Under the pieces are notes generated by a model. That model was not told the origin of the DNA. It saw nothing but the letters and a program-made list of their open reading frames with translations, and ran no database searches. From Methylocella sp. (GTDB taxonomy: Bacteria; Pseudomonadota; Alphaproteobacteria; Rhizobiales; Beijerinckiaceae): a stretch of 64,000 nt of DNA. Position 1 is the first letter of the stretch. Every line of letters starts with the position of its first letter. The position numbers were made by a program, and so were the translations under genes. The stretch is taken from positions 14,757 to 78,756 of the forward strand of contig DATBPZ010000019.1 in NCBI GenBank assembly GCA_036561105.1. The letters run 5' to 3'. Shown here piece after piece: positions 1 to 10,580 of this stretch.

Positions 1-443
1 CGCGTGACACGCAAAAAATGTCCGAGATGGACCTGCCGTGCTTCCTCCGCAAGCACGCCTCGCGTGACCTCGATCCCGGCGCTGGCCAGGATTTGCGCAC
101 CGCGTCCAGATGCCCGGGGATCGGGATCGTCAACCGCATAGACAACGCGGCCGATGTCGGCAGCGGCAATCGCATCAGTGCATGGCGGCGTCTTCCCGTG
201 ATGGCTGCAAGGCTCCAAAGTCACGTAAAGGGTAGCGCCCCGGGCTTGTCCGCCCGCTGCACGCAAGGCTTCGGTTTCCGCATGCGGGCGGCCGCCCGGT
301 TTGGTCCAGCCACGTGCCAAAATCGCGCCGTTCTTGACGATGAGCGCACCAACCGCCGGATTTGGCGCGCAAAGCCCAAGCCCGCGTCGGCCAAGCGTAA
401 GTGCCGCCGCCATGAACCGCGTATCGGCAGCGATTTGGCTCAC
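1..443 (-). CDS. ribD: Riboflavin biosynthesis protein RibD, N-terminal deaminase part (gene runs off the left edge)
   Basis: Absent from the ORF track because it is open at the edge. My minus-strand translation from GTG(443) reads ..[80 protein letters not shown]... This is the HAE / PCxxxGxxPPC zinc-deaminase signature of RibD. The GTG overlaps the nrdR stop as GTGA, and nrdR-ribD order is conserved. Confidence 0.8.
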   Translation of the reverse strand, partial: MSQIAADTRFMAAALTLGRRGLGLCAPNPAVGALIVKNGAILARGWTKPGGRPHAETEALRAAGGQARGATLYVTLEPCSHHGKTPPCTDAIAAADIGRVVYAVDDPDPRASGRGAQILASAGIEVTRGVLAEEARQVHLGHFLRVT

Positions 444-958
444 GCGGGATCCGGCGAACGAGCCTTTGCCAGCGGCGGTGCGGATTGCTCTTCGGAACCT
501 TCGCCCTCGCCCTGGGCCAGTTCGTCAACCAGCATATTAAAATCACGTGCCTCGCGAAAATTGCGATAGACAGAAGCAAAACGCACGTAAGCGACGCTGT
601 CGAGCGCGCGCAAACCTTCCATGACGAGCTCCCCAATTCTGTCGCTCGCGATCTCGCTATCGCCCTGGCTTTCAAGCTGGCGCACGATGCCATTCACCAT
701 CCGTTCCAGACGCTCAGGCTCAACGGGGCGTTTGCGCAAGGCAATTTCGAGCGAGCGCATGAGCTTGTCACGGTCAAACGGCACCCGCCTCCCGGATTTT
801 TTCAAAACCGTCAATTCGCGCAATTGCACACGCTCGAACGTGGTGAAGCGGCCGCCGCAATCGGGACACACCCGGCGGCGGCGAATGGCCGTGCCATCTC
901 CGGCGGGACGCGAATCCTTCACCTGAGAGTCGAAACTACCGCAGAAAGGGCACCGCAT
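440..958 (-). CDS. nrdR: Transcriptional repressor NrdR
   Basis: 172 aa. N-terminal zinc ribbon [20 protein letters not shown] followed by an ATP-cone ([40 protein letters not shown]). Confidence 0.95.
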   Translation of the reverse strand: MRCPFCGSFDSQVKDSRPAGDGTAIRRRRVCPDCGGRFTTFERVQLRELTVLKKSGRRVPFDRDKLMRSLEIALRKRPVEPERLERMVNGIVRQLESQGDSEIASDRIGELVMEGLRALDSVAYVRFASVYRNFREARDFNMLVDELAQGEGEGSEEQSAPPLAKARSPDPA

Positions 959-1090
959 GGCGGGCTGGCCTTAAGGAGGATCTTGCGAACGCGGGTTCGC
1001 GGCACTTGCGGTGTTAAAAACCATTGGGAACGCGGCCCGCTCTTGCCGGACCGCGTTTCCTTGAACACGAACCTAACCTTGCTTGCGGTC

Positions 1091-2389
1091 TCAATACACC
1101 GGGAAGCGCTGGGTGAGTTCACTCGCCCCCGATTTGACTTTCGCCTCGACGTCAGCATTCCCCGCCTCGCCGTTCTTGGCCAAACCATCCAAGGCATCGG
1201 CGATGAGTTCTCCCACCTTTTTGAATTCGGCGATTCCAAACCCACGCGAGGTCGCGGCGGGCGTGCCTAAGCGAATGCCCGAGGTGATCGCGGGCTTCTC
1301 GGTATCGAACGGGATGCCATTTTTGTTGCAGGTAATCCCAGCGCGTCCGAGCGCCGCCTCGGCCGCCTTTCCGGTGAGTTGCTTCGGCCGCAGATCCACC
1401 AGCATGAGGTGATTGTCGGTGCCGCCGGATGCGAGCGCAAATCCCCGCTCAACGAGCGTCGCCGCCAGCGCCTTGGCATTGTCGACGACCTGCTTCGCAT
1501 AAAGCTTGAATTCAGGCTTCAACGCTTCGCCGAAGGCGACTCCTTTGGCGGCAATGACGTGCATCAATGGGCCGCCCTGAAGGCCAGGAAACACCGCCGA
1601 ATTGATTTTCTTGGCGATCGCCTCGTCGTTGGTCAGGACCAAGCCGCCGCGAGGGCCGCGCAAGGTTTTGTGGGTGGTCGAGGTGACCACATGGGCATGC
1701 GGGAATGGCGAGGGATGCACGCCGCCCGCGACAAGACCGGCAAAATGCGCCATATCGACGAAGAAATAGGCGCCAACGGAATCGGCGATCTCGCGGAATT
1801 TCGTGAAATCCCAATGGCGGGGATAACCGGAGCCGCCCGCAATGATAAGCTTCGGCTTATGCTCTTCGGCCAGCTTGGCAACCTGCTCCATGTCGATCCG
1901 GTGATCGTCGCGGCGGACCCCATAGGGAATCGGCTTGAACCATTTGCCGGAGAGATTGACCGGCGAACCATGCGTCAAATGGCCGCCTGCGGCGAGATCG
2001 AGCCCCAAAAAGCTATCGCCAGGCTGCAAAAGCGCAAGAAACACTGACTGATTTGCCTGGCTGCCGGAGTTGGGCTGCACATTGGCGAATTTGCAGTCGA
2101 ACAGGCGGGTGACGCGCTCGATGGCCAGAGTTTCGGCGATATCCACGAATTGGCAGCCGCCATAATAGCGCCGTCCAGGATAGCCTTCGGCGTATTTGTT
2201 CGTCAGAACCGACCCCTGCGCTTCGAGCACCGCTTTGGAGACGATATTTTCAGAGGCGATCAGTTCGATCTCATGGCGTTGGCGGCCAAGCTCCAGCTCG
2301 ATCGCCTTGGCGATCTCGGGGTCGGCGTCGGCGAGTCCAGCCGCGAAAAAAGAGTTGGACGCTGCGCGGCGGGGGACGGCTTGGCTCAT
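1091..2389 (-). CDS. glyA: Serine hydroxymethyltransferase
   Basis: 432 aa. Typical SHMT motifs: [37 protein letters not shown] and the PLP site [16 protein letters not shown]. Confidence 0.97.
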   Translation of the reverse strand: MSQAVPRRAASNSFFAAGLADADPEIAKAIELELGRQRHEIELIASENIVSKAVLEAQGSVLTNKYAEGYPGRRYYGGCQFVDIAETLAIERVTRLFDCKFANVQPNSGSQANQSVFLALLQPGDSFLGLDLAAGGHLTHGSPVNLSGKWFKPIPYGVRRDDHRIDMEQVAKLAEEHKPKLIIAGGSGYPRHWDFTKFREIADSVGAYFFVDMAHFAGLVAGGVHPSPFPHAHVVTSTTHKTLRGPRGGLVLTNDEAIAKKINSAVFPGLQGGPLMHVIAAKGVAFGEALKPEFKLYAKQVVDNAKALAATLVERGFALASGGTDNHLMLVDLRPKQLTGKAAEAALGRAGITCNKNGIPFDTEKPAITSGIRLGTPAATSRGFGIAEFKKVGELIADALDGLAKNGEAGNADVEAKVKSGASELTQRFPVY

Positions 2390-2566
2390 GCTGAAGGTTC
2401 CTGCGAAAGCGGCCTAGCGCCAGCATCGCGGCTTAGAGCGCCCGCGAAACGGCCCGGCTCGGGATGACAAAAAAGTCAAATAGCATGTCAATCCGCCCGC
2501 GTGAAGACTTTGACAGCGGTTCGTCGCCCCTGCGACAATGATGGGCAGATCCATCCCCGCGAAGAC

Positions 2567-3397
2567 TCAGGCCGCGAGGGGCACCTTCTCGACAATGGTT
2601 TTTTCGATCCCACGAAGGCGTAATGCCTCGAGCAGATCCGGTCCCAGCGTCATAGCGCCGGTAAAGATCGCATAATGCGGCGCGGACGCAGGCCCGGCGG
2701 CGGGGAAACCCAGCTGTTCACGCAAGACATGGCTGGTCCGCCGGGCTATGGCGGGGGCTGGATCGATCCATTCGACTGGCCAGGGTGCCAGCCGCTCGAA
2801 ATGACCGAGCAGCAAGGGATAATGGGTGCAGGCGAGCACGACGCAATCTGTGCGCTGATCTCCCGACGTCACGAATGCGGGTGCGATTTCCTGCGCAATG
2901 GCCGCGTCCGAAACGCTTTTTCCTTGCATGAAGGCTTCGGCCAGCGGTGCAAGCTCGCGGGAGCCCGCGAGGGTGACCTCACAATGGGCCGCGTAAGTGC
3001 GCACCAAATCGCGAGTATAATCGCGGGCCACCGTGCCGGGCGTCGCCAGCACGGAAATAAGCCCAGAGCGCGAGAGGCTTGCTGCGGGTTTGATCGCCGG
3101 CACTGTCCCAACGAACGGAATCTCCGGGAATTTTGCCCGCAGATGCGGCAGCGCCAAAGTGGATGCGGTATTGCAGGCAATGACAACTGCATCCGGAGCA
3201 CAGAGGGTGATCAAGCGCTGCATCACCGTCAAAACCCTGGCGATCAAAATATCTTCCCGCAACGCCCCATAAGGAAAAGCGGCATCATCGGCGGCATAGA
3301 TCAAGCAGGCATCCGGAAGCAGGCGCGCCACCTCGGCCCACACAGTCAAACCGCCGAGGCCGGAATCGAAAATAAGAATTTTTGCAGCGCGAGCCAT
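2567..3397 (-). CDS. murI: Glutamate racemase
   Basis: The ORF track gives 2567..3517. I place the start at the internal ATG (3397) giving MARAAKILIFDSGLGGLTVW... Contains the two catalytic Cys motifs (VIACNTAS, VLACTHYPLL). Confidence 0.9.
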   Translation of the reverse strand: MARAAKILIFDSGLGGLTVWAEVARLLPDACLIYAADDAAFPYGALREDILIARVLTVMQRLITLCAPDAVVIACNTASTLALPHLRAKFPEIPFVGTVPAIKPAASLSRSGLISVLATPGTVARDYTRDLVRTYAAHCEVTLAGSRELAPLAEAFMQGKSVSDAAIAQEIAPAFVTSGDQRTDCVVLACTHYPLLLGHFERLAPWPVEWIDPAPAIARRTSHVLREQLGFPAAGPASAPHYAIFTGAMTLGPDLLEALRLRGIEKTIVEKVPLAA

Positions 3398-3573
3398 CAA
3401 TAAGCCAATGAAACCACGGATTTGAATGCTCGGAAAGCATAGCCGACGATCAAGGCAGATTTTGGTTAATGGCCAGTTCAAAACGTATTTGCACACCTCC
3501 CGGAGGCCGGGAAACACGATCGTCTCTTGCGTTCACCCACTCATTACAGATCGACGAACGGCAGAGGACGAAG

Positions 3574-5019
3574 ATGAGAAACGCAGCCAAAGAGATAGTC
3601 GAAACTCGGGTCCCGGCCCGCCTCGACCGGCTTCCCTGGGGACGATTTCATACGCTTGTGGCCATAGCCCTCGGAATTACTTGGGTCCTCGACGGTCTCG
3701 AAGTTACCCTCGCGGGCTCGATTGCGGGCGCCCTTGAATCCAGCCCCCGCCTGCACTTTACCGCATCTGACATCGGGCTCGCCTCAAGTCTTTATCTCGC
3801 GGGCGCTGTCATCGGTGCTCTCGGGTTTGGATGGCTGACCGACAGGCTTGGCCGCAGACCCATGTTTTTTATCACTCTGGGTCTTTACCTCGTCGCCACG
3901 GCCGCGACGGCTTTCGCCTGGAATTTGGCAAGCTTTTGTCTGTTCCGGATGCTGACCGGGGCTGGGATCGGCGGCGAATACAGCGCGGTCAATTCGACGA
4001 TTCAAGAGATGATCCCAGCCCGCTATCGCGGCTGGACCGACCTAGCCATCAATGGCTCGTTCTGGATTGGCGCCGCTCTAGGGGCGGGCGGCTCCATCGT
4101 CGTTCTTGACCCTGCCCGCTTCCCTCCCGACATCGGCTGGCGGCTTGCGTTTCTCATAGGGTCCGTGCTCGGGCTCATTATCTTCGCGCTTCGAACCTGG
4201 ATCCCGGAAAGCCCCCGCTGGCTGGTTATCCACGGCCGGGAGGAAGAAGCGGAGAAAGTCACCGCTGCCATCGAGGACAGATTTCGTCTCCACGGCGTGC
4301 GCTTTTCAGATGTATCGACGCTCAAGCCCATGCGGTTGCACCCGCGGGCTTATACACCCTTGCATGACGTTCTCAAAACCCTGTTCGTCACATTTCGGGC
4401 GCGAACTTTGTTGGGGCTTGCCCTCATGGGGGCACAAGCTTTCTTCTACAATGCCATTTTCTTCACCTATGCTCTCGTGCTGACGCGTTTTTATAACATC
4501 CCATCCTATAGCGTGGGCTGGTACATTCTCCCCTTCGCGCTGGGCAACGTGCTCGGTCCCTTGTTTTTGGGCCCCTTGTTCGATTCGATTGGCCGCAAGC
4601 CAATGATTGCGTTCACCTATGCGGCTTCCGGTGTTCTTCTCGCGGGAAGCGGCTGGCTATTCGCTAATCAACTGCTCGATGCGGCCTGGCAGACGATAAC
4701 TTGGACAGTGGTTTTCTTTTTTGCGTCCGCGGCAGCGGGGGCCGCGTATCTCACCGTGTCCGAGATATTTCCGGTCGAAATCCGCGCGCTTGCGATTGCC
4801 TTTTTCTATGCCGCTGGCACGGCGGTCGGCGGGGTGGCAGCACCGTTTTTATTTGGAACCCTCATTGAAACAGGCTCGCGCGGCAGTGTTTTTGGCGGAT
4901 ATCTTTTTGGCTCTGGACTCATGATGCTCGCTTCGATCGCCATGATGATCTGGGGCGTCGAAGCCGCGCGCAAACCGCTTGAAGCTGTGGCGCGGCCGCT
5001 GTCATCGGCACAAGATTGA
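3574..5019 (+). CDS. MFS transporter (metabolite/sugar:H+ symporter-like)
   Basis: ORF 3469..5019; start chosen at ATG 3574 (MRNAAKEIV..RLDRLPWGRFH). About 12 predicted TM helices. MFS loop motifs GWLTDRLGRRPMF and PESPRWL. Confidence 0.85.
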   Translation: MRNAAKEIVETRVPARLDRLPWGRFHTLVAIALGITWVLDGLEVTLAGSIAGALESSPRLHFTASDIGLASSLYLAGAVIGALGFGWLTDRLGRRPMFFITLGLYLVATAATAFAWNLASFCLFRMLTGAGIGGEYSAVNSTIQEMIPARYRGWTDLAINGSFWIGAALGAGGSIVVLDPARFPPDIGWRLAFLIGSVLGLIIFALRTWIPESPRWLVIHGREEEAEKVTAAIEDRFRLHGVRFSDVSTLKPMRLHPRAYTPLHDVLKTLFVTFRARTLLGLALMGAQAFFYNAIFFTYALVLTRFYNIPSYSVGWYILPFALGNVLGPLFLGPLFDSIGRKPMIAFTYAASGVLLAGSGWLFANQLLDAAWQTITWTVVFFFASAAAGAAYLTVSEIFPVEIRALAIAFFYAAGTAVGGVAAPFLFGTLIETGSRGSVFGGYLFGSGLMMLASIAMMIWGVEAARKPLEAVARPLSSAQD

Positions 5020-5185
5020 AGCACTTAGTTTCCTTCCGAAATAGAAAATGCTTAAATTGGCGTGCGCACTCTAAGCGATGGCCGTTGCCTGCTATCTAAA
5101 AATTATCTGTTTGGTGGATGAATCTTTTGTCGATGGCATGCGCTGACGGCGGCTACAGACCGCGTCTGGTTTTGAGGCAAGCAAG

Positions 5186-6628
5186 GTGTCGGGCATGAAA
5201 AATGTGCGAGTTTATCAGACGGCATCCAATTTACCCGGGCGGCCTTTCGACATAGCTGCCATGCTGGCGGAGCGCGAAGCGGAGCGCTATGCGCTGCACA
5301 CGCAACATCTGAACGAGATGATGGTTCGCGTATTGAAGACGCTTGGCTTCGATGTCGGATTTCGCACCGGTCAAGGCCAATATCTTTTCGATCGCACCGG
5401 CACCCGTTATCTTGATCTCCTCAGCGGGTGGGGCGTGTTCGGGATCGGCCGCAATCATCCGCTGCTGCGTGAAACGTTGAGCCAAGTGCTTGCCAGCGAT
5501 CTGCCCAATCTGGTGCAAATGGACGTGTCCGTCCTTGCCGGTCTGCTCGCCGAGCGTTTGCTTGGTTTCGTCCCCTATCTTGATAAGGTTTTCTTCACGA
5601 ATTCTGGCGCCGAGGCCGTCGAAACCGCGATCAAATTCGCCCGCAGCGCAACTCGCCGTCCTGGTATTGTCTATTGCGATCACGCCTTTCATGGTTTGAC
5701 CTATGGCGCTTTGTCGGCAAATGGCGACGACATATTTAGAGGCGGCTTTGGCCCGCTTCTCCCCGGCTTTTCGGCCATTCCCTTCAACGATCTCGCCGCT
5801 TTGGAAAAAGCCTTGTCGGCCCGCGATGTCGCGGCCTTCATTGTCGAGCCAATCCAGGGCAAAGGGGTAAATATACCGGATGATCTTTATCTTCGTGGCG
5901 CTCAGGCCTTGTGCCGCAAATATGGGACGTTGCTGGTCGCCGACGAAATTCAGACGGGAATGGGCCGCACCGGACGTTTTCTTGCCGTCGAACATTGGGG
6001 TGTCGAGCCGGACATGGTCTTGCTCGCCAAATCGCTCTCCGGCGGACATGTGCCGGTCGGCGCTGTTTTGACCCGCAAGGCGATTTTCGAAAAAGTCTTC
6101 AACCGCATGGACCGCGCCGTCGTTCATGGTTCCACCTTCGGAAAGAACGACCTGGCGATGGCGGCTGGTCTTGCAAGCCTTGAGGTGATCGAAGCCGAAG
6201 GGCTTGTTCATAAGTCCGCCCAGACAGGAGCAAGGCTTCTCACGGCGTTTGAGAAAATGGCGCAACGCTACGAACTGGTGCACCAGGCACGAGGCAAAGG
6301 CCTCATGATCGGCATTGAATTCGGACCGCCTCGGTCACTCAAACTCAAGGCTGCATGGTCCTTGCTTGAAACGGTCAGCGCCGGTCTCTTTTGTCAGCTC
6401 ATCACCATCCCGCTGTTCAAGGATCACAAGATCCTCGTCCAAGTCGCTGGCCACGCCAACACCACCATCAAGCTGCTGCCGGCACTTGCGATCACGGACT
6501 CTGATTGCGAGTGGATTGAACATGCTTTCGACGCGGTGATCGCCGATAGCCATCGCGTGCCCGGCGCGGTTTGGTCGCTTGGCAAGACCTTGGCAGATCA
6601 TGCAATCAAGGCCTACGCAACGAAATAG
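5186..6628 (+). CDS. Class-III (acetylornithine/GABA-type) PLP-dependent aminotransferase
   Basis: 480 aa. Motifs FFTNSGAEAVETAIKFAR, LLVADEIQTGMGRTGRF, LAKSLSGGHVPVGAV. The start could be GTG 5186 or ATG 5195. Confidence 0.85.
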   Translation: MSGMKNVRVYQTASNLPGRPFDIAAMLAEREAERYALHTQHLNEMMVRVLKTLGFDVGFRTGQGQYLFDRTGTRYLDLLSGWGVFGIGRNHPLLRETLSQVLASDLPNLVQMDVSVLAGLLAERLLGFVPYLDKVFFTNSGAEAVETAIKFARSATRRPGIVYCDHAFHGLTYGALSANGDDIFRGGFGPLLPGFSAIPFNDLAALEKALSARDVAAFIVEPIQGKGVNIPDDLYLRGAQALCRKYGTLLVADEIQTGMGRTGRFLAVEHWGVEPDMVLLAKSLSGGHVPVGAVLTRKAIFEKVFNRMDRAVVHGSTFGKNDLAMAAGLASLEVIEAEGLVHKSAQTGARLLTAFEKMAQRYELVHQARGKGLMIGIEFGPPRSLKLKAAWSLLETVSAGLFCQLITIPLFKDHKILVQVAGHANTTIKLLPALAITDSDCEWIEHAFDAVIADSHRVPGAVWSLGKTLADHAIKAYATK

Positions 6629-6658
6629 AACCGCTGACAGCTCGCGCGCCGCGGAAGC

Positions 6659-7315
6659 CTATAGCGAGTCGAGCGCCGAAATTGTCTGCTCGACCTTCGG
6701 CAATTCGCGCTCGGCAATGGCATGCAGGCCGGGGTCCGTGCCATTTTGAATAAAATCGCGATAAAGAATCTGCAGTTGAACCAGTGCCTCCATCTGCGCC
6801 GAAACGAACAGCGCATCAAAATCGTGGCTGCTCGAGGCCGAAAGTCGCTGCAAGGACGCAACTTGCGCGGGCAGCAAATTCGGCGCCTTAAGTTTTGGAG
6901 CCCCAACCCCGATCTGCCCTGTATAAGGAGAGCGGAGGGTCACAACCGGACCGTTCACGTTAACCCAAGCAGACAGAGAGTTGGCAATCGCGCTTTGGTC
7001 CTTGGCGAGAGGGCCGGCGAACTGCTGAATTTTGGCATTGCGCGATTTGGAAATGGCCATGCGGCTGGCGGTAGCGATAAAATTTGTTGTCGGAACGGCG
7101 GTTGCCACGAAATGTGATGTCAGTTCGGAGGCTGAAACAGCCTGAGGCGGCGGAGGCGAAGATGGGGCTGCTTCTCCCCCTCCCCCCGTCTGAGCGGTGG
7201 CGGACAAAACAGCGCTCAGGGCCGCCAAGGTTCCGGCCACGAGGGCGCCGGCAGGCTTGGGCAAGAAAGTATTTTGCACGTCTTCCTTATCCTTTTGAAC
7301 CGAGCTGGTTTTCAA
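6659..7315 (-). CDS. Secreted DUF4142-like protein
   Basis: 218 aa. Signal-like N-terminus (LVAGTLAALSAVLSATAQ) and a G/P/S-rich linker. The two-repeat helical pattern (..HDFDALFVSAQMEALVQLQILYRDF..LPKVEQTISALDSL) is reminiscent of DUF4142. The family call is motif memory only. Confidence 0.55.
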   Translation of the reverse strand: MKTSSVQKDKEDVQNTFLPKPAGALVAGTLAALSAVLSATAQTGGGGEAAPSSPPPPQAVSASELTSHFVATAVPTTNFIATASRMAISKSRNAKIQQFAGPLAKDQSAIANSLSAWVNVNGPVVTLRSPYTGQIGVGAPKLKAPNLLPAQVASLQRLSASSSHDFDALFVSAQMEALVQLQILYRDFIQNGTDPGLHAIAERELPKVEQTISALDSL

Positions 7316-7347
7316 GATTGTATACTAGAGCAGATTCGTTCTCGCTT

Positions 7348-8298
7348 TCATTGAGGCACTGGAACAGGCGGCGGAGTTTGCGGGCTGGGATTGTAATCTG
7401 TGGGCTGCCCTTGTTTTGAGGCCGCCTTTTTCGCCATCGTTTTTGTCTTTCCTGGGCGCGGATTGCTATTTTTCTCAAGGGCCGTTTGCAAGGCGAGAGC
7501 CCGTGCTTGGGTGACCCGGAGCGCACAAAATCCATGCACGTCCTCGCCCGTATAATTACGGCAAGTTACATCGCGCTCCGATGAAAAACCCGCTTGTTCG
7601 CCAGCGATTTTCTTAATTGCGGCTTTATCTTTGCCGGCATTCGCGAGCAGCGCACGAAATTCGGCCCGCATTGAAGATTCCGCCAGGCCCCGTTCGCGTT
7701 CCAGTTGCTTGATCTGGTCAGGACCAAAACTCTTGCCCGGCGGGCCCCAGAAGCCCGCCATCGCTGCGCGGCAATCCGCCGCCGAGAAATCGCACGAGGG
7801 CGGAGCCCGGGAGATCATGACGGCCCCATCGAGCACATCGAAGGAAAACGGACAGGCCTCGATGTTTACCTCGTAGCGGGAGACACCATCCGGCCGGCCG
7901 GTAAACACCGTTTGGATAGGTGTATCCGAAACCACATCGACGCGGCATTGCTCGCCCGGGTGAGAGATTGCTTCTCCAGCCAGGGAAAGGTGGGTAATCT
8001 CGAGTCCCATGCCCGGCGCGCCCCCGAAGGCGATGGTGCCATCAGCGCCATCGCGCGCCAGTTCAAGACCGGTAATCGTCGACTCTGGCGGTGGTTTTAG
8101 AACAACGGGTCTTGCCTTCGCTGGCGCCCCTGCGGGATTTCCAGCGGGGGGCGAAGACTGAATGGCTCCCGGAAGCAGGAGTTGGGCACGCGCCGGTGCC
8201 CAGATCAAAAGCGTCGCGGCCACTGCGAACACCCAAAAATACCCTGGCCGGAAACATGCCCCGCTCAAATGCCGCCTCGTCTTATCCCTTGGTTCCAT
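7348..8298 (-). CDS. Secreted hypothetical protein (Cys-containing, Lys/Pro-rich C-terminal tail)
   Basis: 316 aa. Signal peptide FWVFAVAATLLIWAPARAQ. Six Cys. The C-terminal segment ERDVTCRNYTGEDVHGFCALRVTQARALAL is vaguely DUF1311/LprI-like. Codon usage is consistent with neighbouring genes. Confidence 0.55.
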   Translation of the reverse strand: MEPRDKTRRHLSGACFRPGYFWVFAVAATLLIWAPARAQLLLPGAIQSSPPAGNPAGAPAKARPVVLKPPPESTITGLELARDGADGTIAFGGAPGMGLEITHLSLAGEAISHPGEQCRVDVVSDTPIQTVFTGRPDGVSRYEVNIEACPFSFDVLDGAVMISRAPPSCDFSAADCRAAMAGFWGPPGKSFGPDQIKQLERERGLAESSMRAEFRALLANAGKDKAAIKKIAGEQAGFSSERDVTCRNYTGEDVHGFCALRVTQARALALQTALEKNSNPRPGKTKTMAKKAASKQGQPTDYNPSPQTPPPVPVPQ

Positions 8299-8420
8299 TC
8301 GTTATGGTTTGGCGCGATTGGCCAGGCGAATCAAGGCAAACTTACCGGACTCACCCGTGGAACTGACATTATATAGGTTTTGGAAATCCGCACTTACGGC
8401 CCAATCCCTTTAATCTTTGG

Positions 8421-8450
8421 CTTGCGTGCTTCAATCCTCTTCTTATATTC
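8421..8450 (+). promoter_or_regulatory. Candidate RpoH (sigma-32) heat-shock promoter of dnaK
   Basis: CTTG(8421-8424)-N17-CTTATATTC(8442-8450). It matches the alphaproteobacterial sigma-32 consensus CTTG-N17-CYTATNT and lies about 130 nt upstream of the dnaK ATG. Confidence 0.5.
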
Positions 8451-8578
8451 GGCGCATCTTGCGTTCACGCGCTGCGATACCAATTTGACCATAATCGGGG
8501 ACCGGGCGGAAATCCGTCCGCCCATTGCCGGGCCGCTTCGGGGCCCAGTGGTCTTGCGGAGCAAAAGGGAAAGCTATC

Positions 8579-10486
8579 ATGGGTAAAGTTATCGGAATCG
8601 ACCTCGGCACCACCAATTCTTGTGTGGCGGTTATGGAGGGGACGACGCCGAAAGTTATTGAAAACGCGGAAGGCGCACGGACAACGCCCTCGATCGTCGC
8701 ATTCACCGATGATGGCGAGCGTTTGGTTGGCCAGCCGGCCAAGCGCCAGGGCGTCACCAATCCTGAGCGGACTTTCTTCGCCATCAAACGGCTCATTGGC
8801 CGGACGTTCGACGACCCGATGACCAAGAAGGATATGGGCCTCGTCCCCTATAAAATTATTCGCGCTTCCAATGGCGACGCTTGGGTGGAAGCCGACGGAA
8901 AGCAATATTCCCCCTCGCAAATTTCCGCCTTCATTCTGCAAAAGATGAAGGAGACGGCTGAAGCCTATCTCGGCCAGCAGGTGAGCCAGGCTGTCATTAC
9001 AGTGCCCGCCTATTTCAATGACGCGCAGCGGCAAGCGACCAAGGATGCCGGCAAGATTGCGGGCCTCGAGGTGTTGCGGATCATCAACGAACCGACTGCG
9101 GCGGCACTCGCCTATGGGCTCGACAAGAAAGGTTCTGGGACAATCGCGGTCTACGACCTTGGCGGCGGCACCTTCGATGTTTCCATTCTCGAAATCGGCG
9201 ACGGAGTCTTCGAGGTCAAATCGACCAACGGCGATACGTTCCTGGGCGGCGAGGATTTCGATATCCGGCTTGTCGAATATCTGACCTCCGAGTTCAAGAA
9301 AGACAGCGGTATCGATCTGAAAAAGGACAAGCTGGCTCTCCAGCGTTTGAAGGAGGCCGCCGAAAAGGCCAAGATCGAACTGTCCTCCGCGGTCCAAACC
9401 GAAATCAATTTGCCCTATATCACAGCCGATGCGTCGGGACCCAAACATCTCACCTTGAAACTGACACGGGCGAAATTCGAGGCGCTTGTTGACGATCTCA
9501 TTCAAAAGACCGTCGAACCGTGCCGCAAGGCATTGAAGGATGCTGGACTCACCGCCGGCGAAATCAACGAGGTGGTCCTGGTCGGCGGCATGACCCGCAT
9601 GCCCAAGGTGCAGGAGGTGGTGCGGAGCTTCTTTGGCAAGGAACCGCATAAAGGGGTCAATCCCGATGAGGTCGTCGCGATCGGCGCGGCGGTTCAGGCG
9701 GGCGTCCTCCAGGGCGACGTGAAGGACGTTCTTCTGCTGGATGTGACGCCACTGTCGCTCGGCATCGAGACCTTGGGCGGCGTATTTACGCGGCTCATCG
9801 AGCGCAACACGACGATTCCGACCAAAAAGAGCCAAGTGTTCTCGACCGCCGAAGACAACCAGACCGCTGTCACCATCCGCGTCTTCCAGGGCGAACGGGA
9901 AATGGCGGCTGACAATAAGCTGCTCGGCCAGTTCGACCTTGTTGGGATTCCGGGGGCGCCGCGCGGCGTTCCCCAGATCGAAGTGACCTTCGATATCGAC
10001 GCGAATGGCATCGTCAATGTCTCCGCGAAGGACAAGGCGACAAGTAAGGAACAGCAGATCCGCATTCAGGCCTCGGGAGGTCTGAGCGACTCCGATATCG
10101 ACAAAATGGTGAAGGACGCCGAATCGCACGCCACCGAGGATAAGAAACGCCGTGAGCTCGTCGATGCCAAAAATCACGGCGAGGCGATGATTCACACGAC
10201 ACAAAAATCTCTCGAAGAATTTGGCTCCAAGATCGCGCAATCCGACAAGAGTGCAATCGAGACCGCGATCAGCGCCTTGAAAACAGCCCTCGAAGGAGAG
10301 GACAGCGAGGTGATCAAGGCCAGGACGAATGAGCTTGCGCAAGCCTCCATGAAAATCGGCGAAGCGATGTACAAGGCCCAGAGCGAGGGGCCCAGCGCCG
10401 AGGGCACGCATGGCGAGCCAAAGGACGACGTCATCGACGCCGATTTCAAGGAAGTTGGCCCCGACGACAAAACGAAATCGGCATAA
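8579..10486 (+). CDS. dnaK: Molecular chaperone DnaK (Hsp70)
   Basis: ORF 8525..10486; start set at ATG 8579 ([18 protein letters not shown]). Hsp70 signatures are present throughout ([26 protein letters not shown]). Confidence 0.98.
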   Translation: MGKVIGIDLGTTNSCVAVMEGTTPKVIENAEGARTTPSIVAFTDDGERLVGQPAKRQGVTNPERTFFAIKRLIGRTFDDPMTKKDMGLVPYKIIRASNGDAWVEADGKQYSPSQISAFILQKMKETAEAYLGQQVSQAVITVPAYFNDAQRQATKDAGKIAGLEVLRIINEPTAAALAYGLDKKGSGTIAVYDLGGGTFDVSILEIGDGVFEVKSTNGDTFLGGEDFDIRLVEYLTSEFKKDSGIDLKKDKLALQRLKEAAEKAKIELSSAVQTEINLPYITADASGPKHLTLKLTRAKFEALVDDLIQKTVEPCRKALKDAGLTAGEINEVVLVGGMTRMPKVQEVVRSFFGKEPHKGVNPDEVVAIGAAVQAGVLQGDVKDVLLLDVTPLSLGIETLGGVFTRLIERNTTIPTKKSQVFSTAEDNQTAVTIRVFQGEREMAADNKLLGQFDLVGIPGAPRGVPQIEVTFDIDANGIVNVSAKDKATSKEQQIRIQASGGLSDSDIDKMVKDAESHATEDKKRRELVDAKNHGEAMIHTTQKSLEEFGSKIAQSDKSAIETAISALKTALEGEDSEVIKARTNELAQASMKIGEAMYKAQSEGPSAEGTHGEPKDDVIDADFKEVGPDDKTKSA

Positions 10487-10541
10487 GGGGCGCGGGCAAA
10501 GCATAAGGCGAAGCGGCAAGGCCGTTAGCCCGCTCCCGCCG

Positions 10542-10580
10542 GGACCATGAACGCGAAATCGTTCATGGTCCTGATTTTGC
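10542..10580 (+). terminator. Rho-independent terminator/attenuator after dnaK
   Basis: Perfect 12-bp stem GGACCATGAACG (10542-10553) / CGTTCATGGTCC (10560-10571) with a 6-nt loop, followed by TGATTTTGCTT. Confidence 0.6.

Noticed and set aside
18-693. ORFs 18..569 (+) and 175..693 (-) at the left edge
   Set aside because: Both overlap the clear ribD (minus, 1-443) and nrdR (440-958) frames. Their translations are Arg/Ala/Pro-rich with no motifs.
2390-2566. Possible ZTP (pfl) or other riboswitch in the glyA 5' leader
   Set aside because: glyA is a frequent ZTP-riboswitch target. However, reading the minus-strand leader I could not find the conserved CCGCCTGGGC-type 3' element or the GGGTCGTGAC-like 5' element. 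Only a TTGACA-containing promoter-like stretch is present. An Infernal scan would be decisive.
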